A DNA stretch of 64,000 nucleotides from the NCBI GenBank assembly GCA_965199825.1, contig OZ241329.1, forward strand, positions 896,001 to 960,000, in the 5' to 3' direction. Shown here one piece after another: positions 60,260 to 64,000 of this stretch. The first letter of the stretch is position 1; every line of letters starts with the position of its first letter. The stretch comes from Bdellovibrionales bacterium (GTDB lineage Bacteria > Bdellovibrionota > Bdellovibrionia > Bdellovibrionales > UBA1609). Below the pieces are notes generated by a model that had not been told where the DNA came from, did not search any database, and saw nothing but the letters and a program-made list of their open reading frames with translations. Made by a program: the position numbers and the translations under genes.

Positions 60260-60327
60260 CACTTAAGTATAGCTACAAATCTAAAAAAATCGCGACAAAC
60301 AAAAAGCGACTGGTCTTGGGGCCGGAA

Positions 60328-60732
60328 TCAATGAAGTTTGGCAAAGTCCATTCGCGCTCGCGCTCGATCCATCTTGCGGCGGTATTTTTTAATTTGATCG
60401 GGCTCAAGATCGGGCTCGAGCAAACGTTCTTGAGAACGCTTAAAGGACTGCTCGGCACGATCGATATCGATCTGCTCTTTTGTTTCGGCGGTCTCGGCCA
60501 ATATTAAAATGCCTTGAGGATTAACTTCGCAATAACCCCAACTGATCAAGATATCTTCAAAGGCGGTTGTCCCTTTAAGGCGGTAACGCAAAGTTCCCAC
60601 CTGCAGAGTCGTCACCAATGGTGCATGCCCAGGTAAAATATCGAGCTGTCCCGCTTCACCGGGAACAATCAGCTCATCAATTTCTTCGTCGAGAACCATT
60701 CTTTTTTCTGGAGTGACCACGCTCAACAACAT
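60328..60732 (-). CDS. atpC: ATP synthase F1 epsilon subunit
   Basis: VVTPE, G.LDILPGHAPL, ILAE; follows atpD. Confidence 0.97.
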   Translation of the reverse strand: MLLSVVTPEKRMVLDEEIDELIVPGEAGQLDILPGHAPLVTTLQVGTLRYRLKGTTAFEDILISWGYCEVNPQGILILAETAETKEQIDIDRAEQSFKRSQERLLEPDLEPDQIKKYRRKMDRARARMDFAKLH

Positions 60733-63014
<2,282 letters not shown>

Positions 63015-64000
63015 TTACGCCTTCGCACCCGGAGTGAAAATCGCGGTAAATTCTAAAACCGCATCCTTTAATGAAGCCTTAATACCATCGTCCACAGCTT
63101 TTTTCTCGGCCAGTTGACCTAAAATTGCTTTGTGTTTGGTGTGCAAAAATTCAAGAAATTCGGTTTCGAATCTTCGAACATCTTCAACCGCAATCACATC
63201 AAAATATCCATTGGTAGCTGCCCAAATAATTGCCACCTGCTCTTCCACTTGAACTGGCTGATAGTTTTTTTGTTTCAAAACTTCGACCAACCTTCGTCCA
63301 CGAGCTAATTGAGCTTGAGTGGCTTTATCAAGATCCGATGCAAACGCTGCAAAGGCTTCCATCGCGCGGTATTGGGCAAGATCAAGTTTTAAAACACCCG
63401 CGACTTGCTTCATCGCTTTAATTTGGGCTGCACCACCCACACGTGAAACAGATTTTCCAACCGAGATTGCGGGCCGCACACCTTTATAAAACAAATCGGT
63501 TTCTAAGAATATTTGTCCATCGGTAATCGAAATTACGTTTGTTGGAATGTAGGCAGAAATATCACCCGCCTGAGTTTCGATAATTGGCAGAGCGGTCAAC
63601 GATCCCGAACCTTTTTCTTTACTCATCTTTGCGGCTCGCTCTAACAATCGTGAGTGAAGATAAAAAACATCCCCAGGATAAGCTTCACGTCCAGGAGGCC
63701 GTCTTAAAAGTAATGATAACTGTCGATAGGCCTGAGCTTGTTTAGTTAGATCATCATAAATAATAAGAGCATGGCGGCCGGTATCGCGAAAATATTCTGC
63801 CATAGTCACGCCTGCATAAGGAGCCAAAAACTGTAAGGGCGCTGGATCAGAGGCAGTAGCCGCAATCACCGTCGTGTATTCCATTGCGCCCTCTTGACGC
63901 AATTTTTCGACCACTTGAGCAACGGTCGATCGCTTTTGGCCAATGGCCACATAAAAACAATAAACCCCTTTGCCTTTTTGATTAATGATCGTGTCGATTG
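63015..64000 (-). CDS. atpA: ATP synthase F1 alpha subunit (5' part beyond window)
   Basis: [34 protein letters not shown]. Confidence 0.99.
   Translation of the reverse strand, partial: IDTIINQKGKGVYCFYVAIGQKRSTVAQVVEKLRQEGAMEYTTVIAATASDPAPLQFLAPYAGVTMAEYFRDTGRHALIIYDDLTKQAQAYRQLSLLLRRPPGREAYPGDVFYLHSRLLERAAKMSKEKGSGSLTALPIIETQAGDISAYIPTNVISITDGQIFLETDLFYKGVRPAISVGKSVSRVGGAAQIKAMKQVAGVLKLDLAQYRAMEAFAAFASDLDKATQAQLARGRRLVEVLKQKNYQPVQVEEQVAIIWAATNGYFDVIAVEDVRRFETEFLEFLHTKHKAILGQLAEKKAVDDGIKASLKDAVLEFTAIFTPGAKA

Overview
Core chromosomal window from a bacterium that looks like a Bdellovibrionota-type predator. The taxonomy is inferred from gene order and content and was not tested by search. 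Housekeeping blocks: comF-rlmH-nadD/rsfS fusion-obgE-rpmA-rplU-rng, pilT, a deo nucleoside-catabolism cluster, asnS, propionyl-CoA carboxylase with methylmalonyl-CoA mutase, tatB/C, hemW-grpE-dnaJ, lon, a membrane-arm-only nuoA-H-J-K-L-M-N block, mfd, selD-selU and atpA(partial)-G-D-C. I saw no rRNA, tRNA, CRISPR array or transposase. Best candidate for an undescribed system: a DUF222-like/HNH endonuclease gene (8299-9123) inserted into the deo cluster. One 10-13 bp motif, (A)GCGGGCACGA(CA), occurs twice inside this gene, three times in inverted orientation (one copy decayed) in an upstream ~80-bp tandem duplication, and about 11 times as an 18-bp tandem array 49 kb away (57712-57907). The gene is also flanked by a strand-specific G/T bias that reaches into synonymous sites of deoC. 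Second candidate: a 5.2-kb two-family paralog array (28.7-33.9 kb) of small exported hydrophobic-hairpin proteins, two of them translationally coupled to degenerate TraB/GumN-like proteins. Third: a GACTA-repeat operator array between an HTH/coiled-coil gene and a patatin gene.
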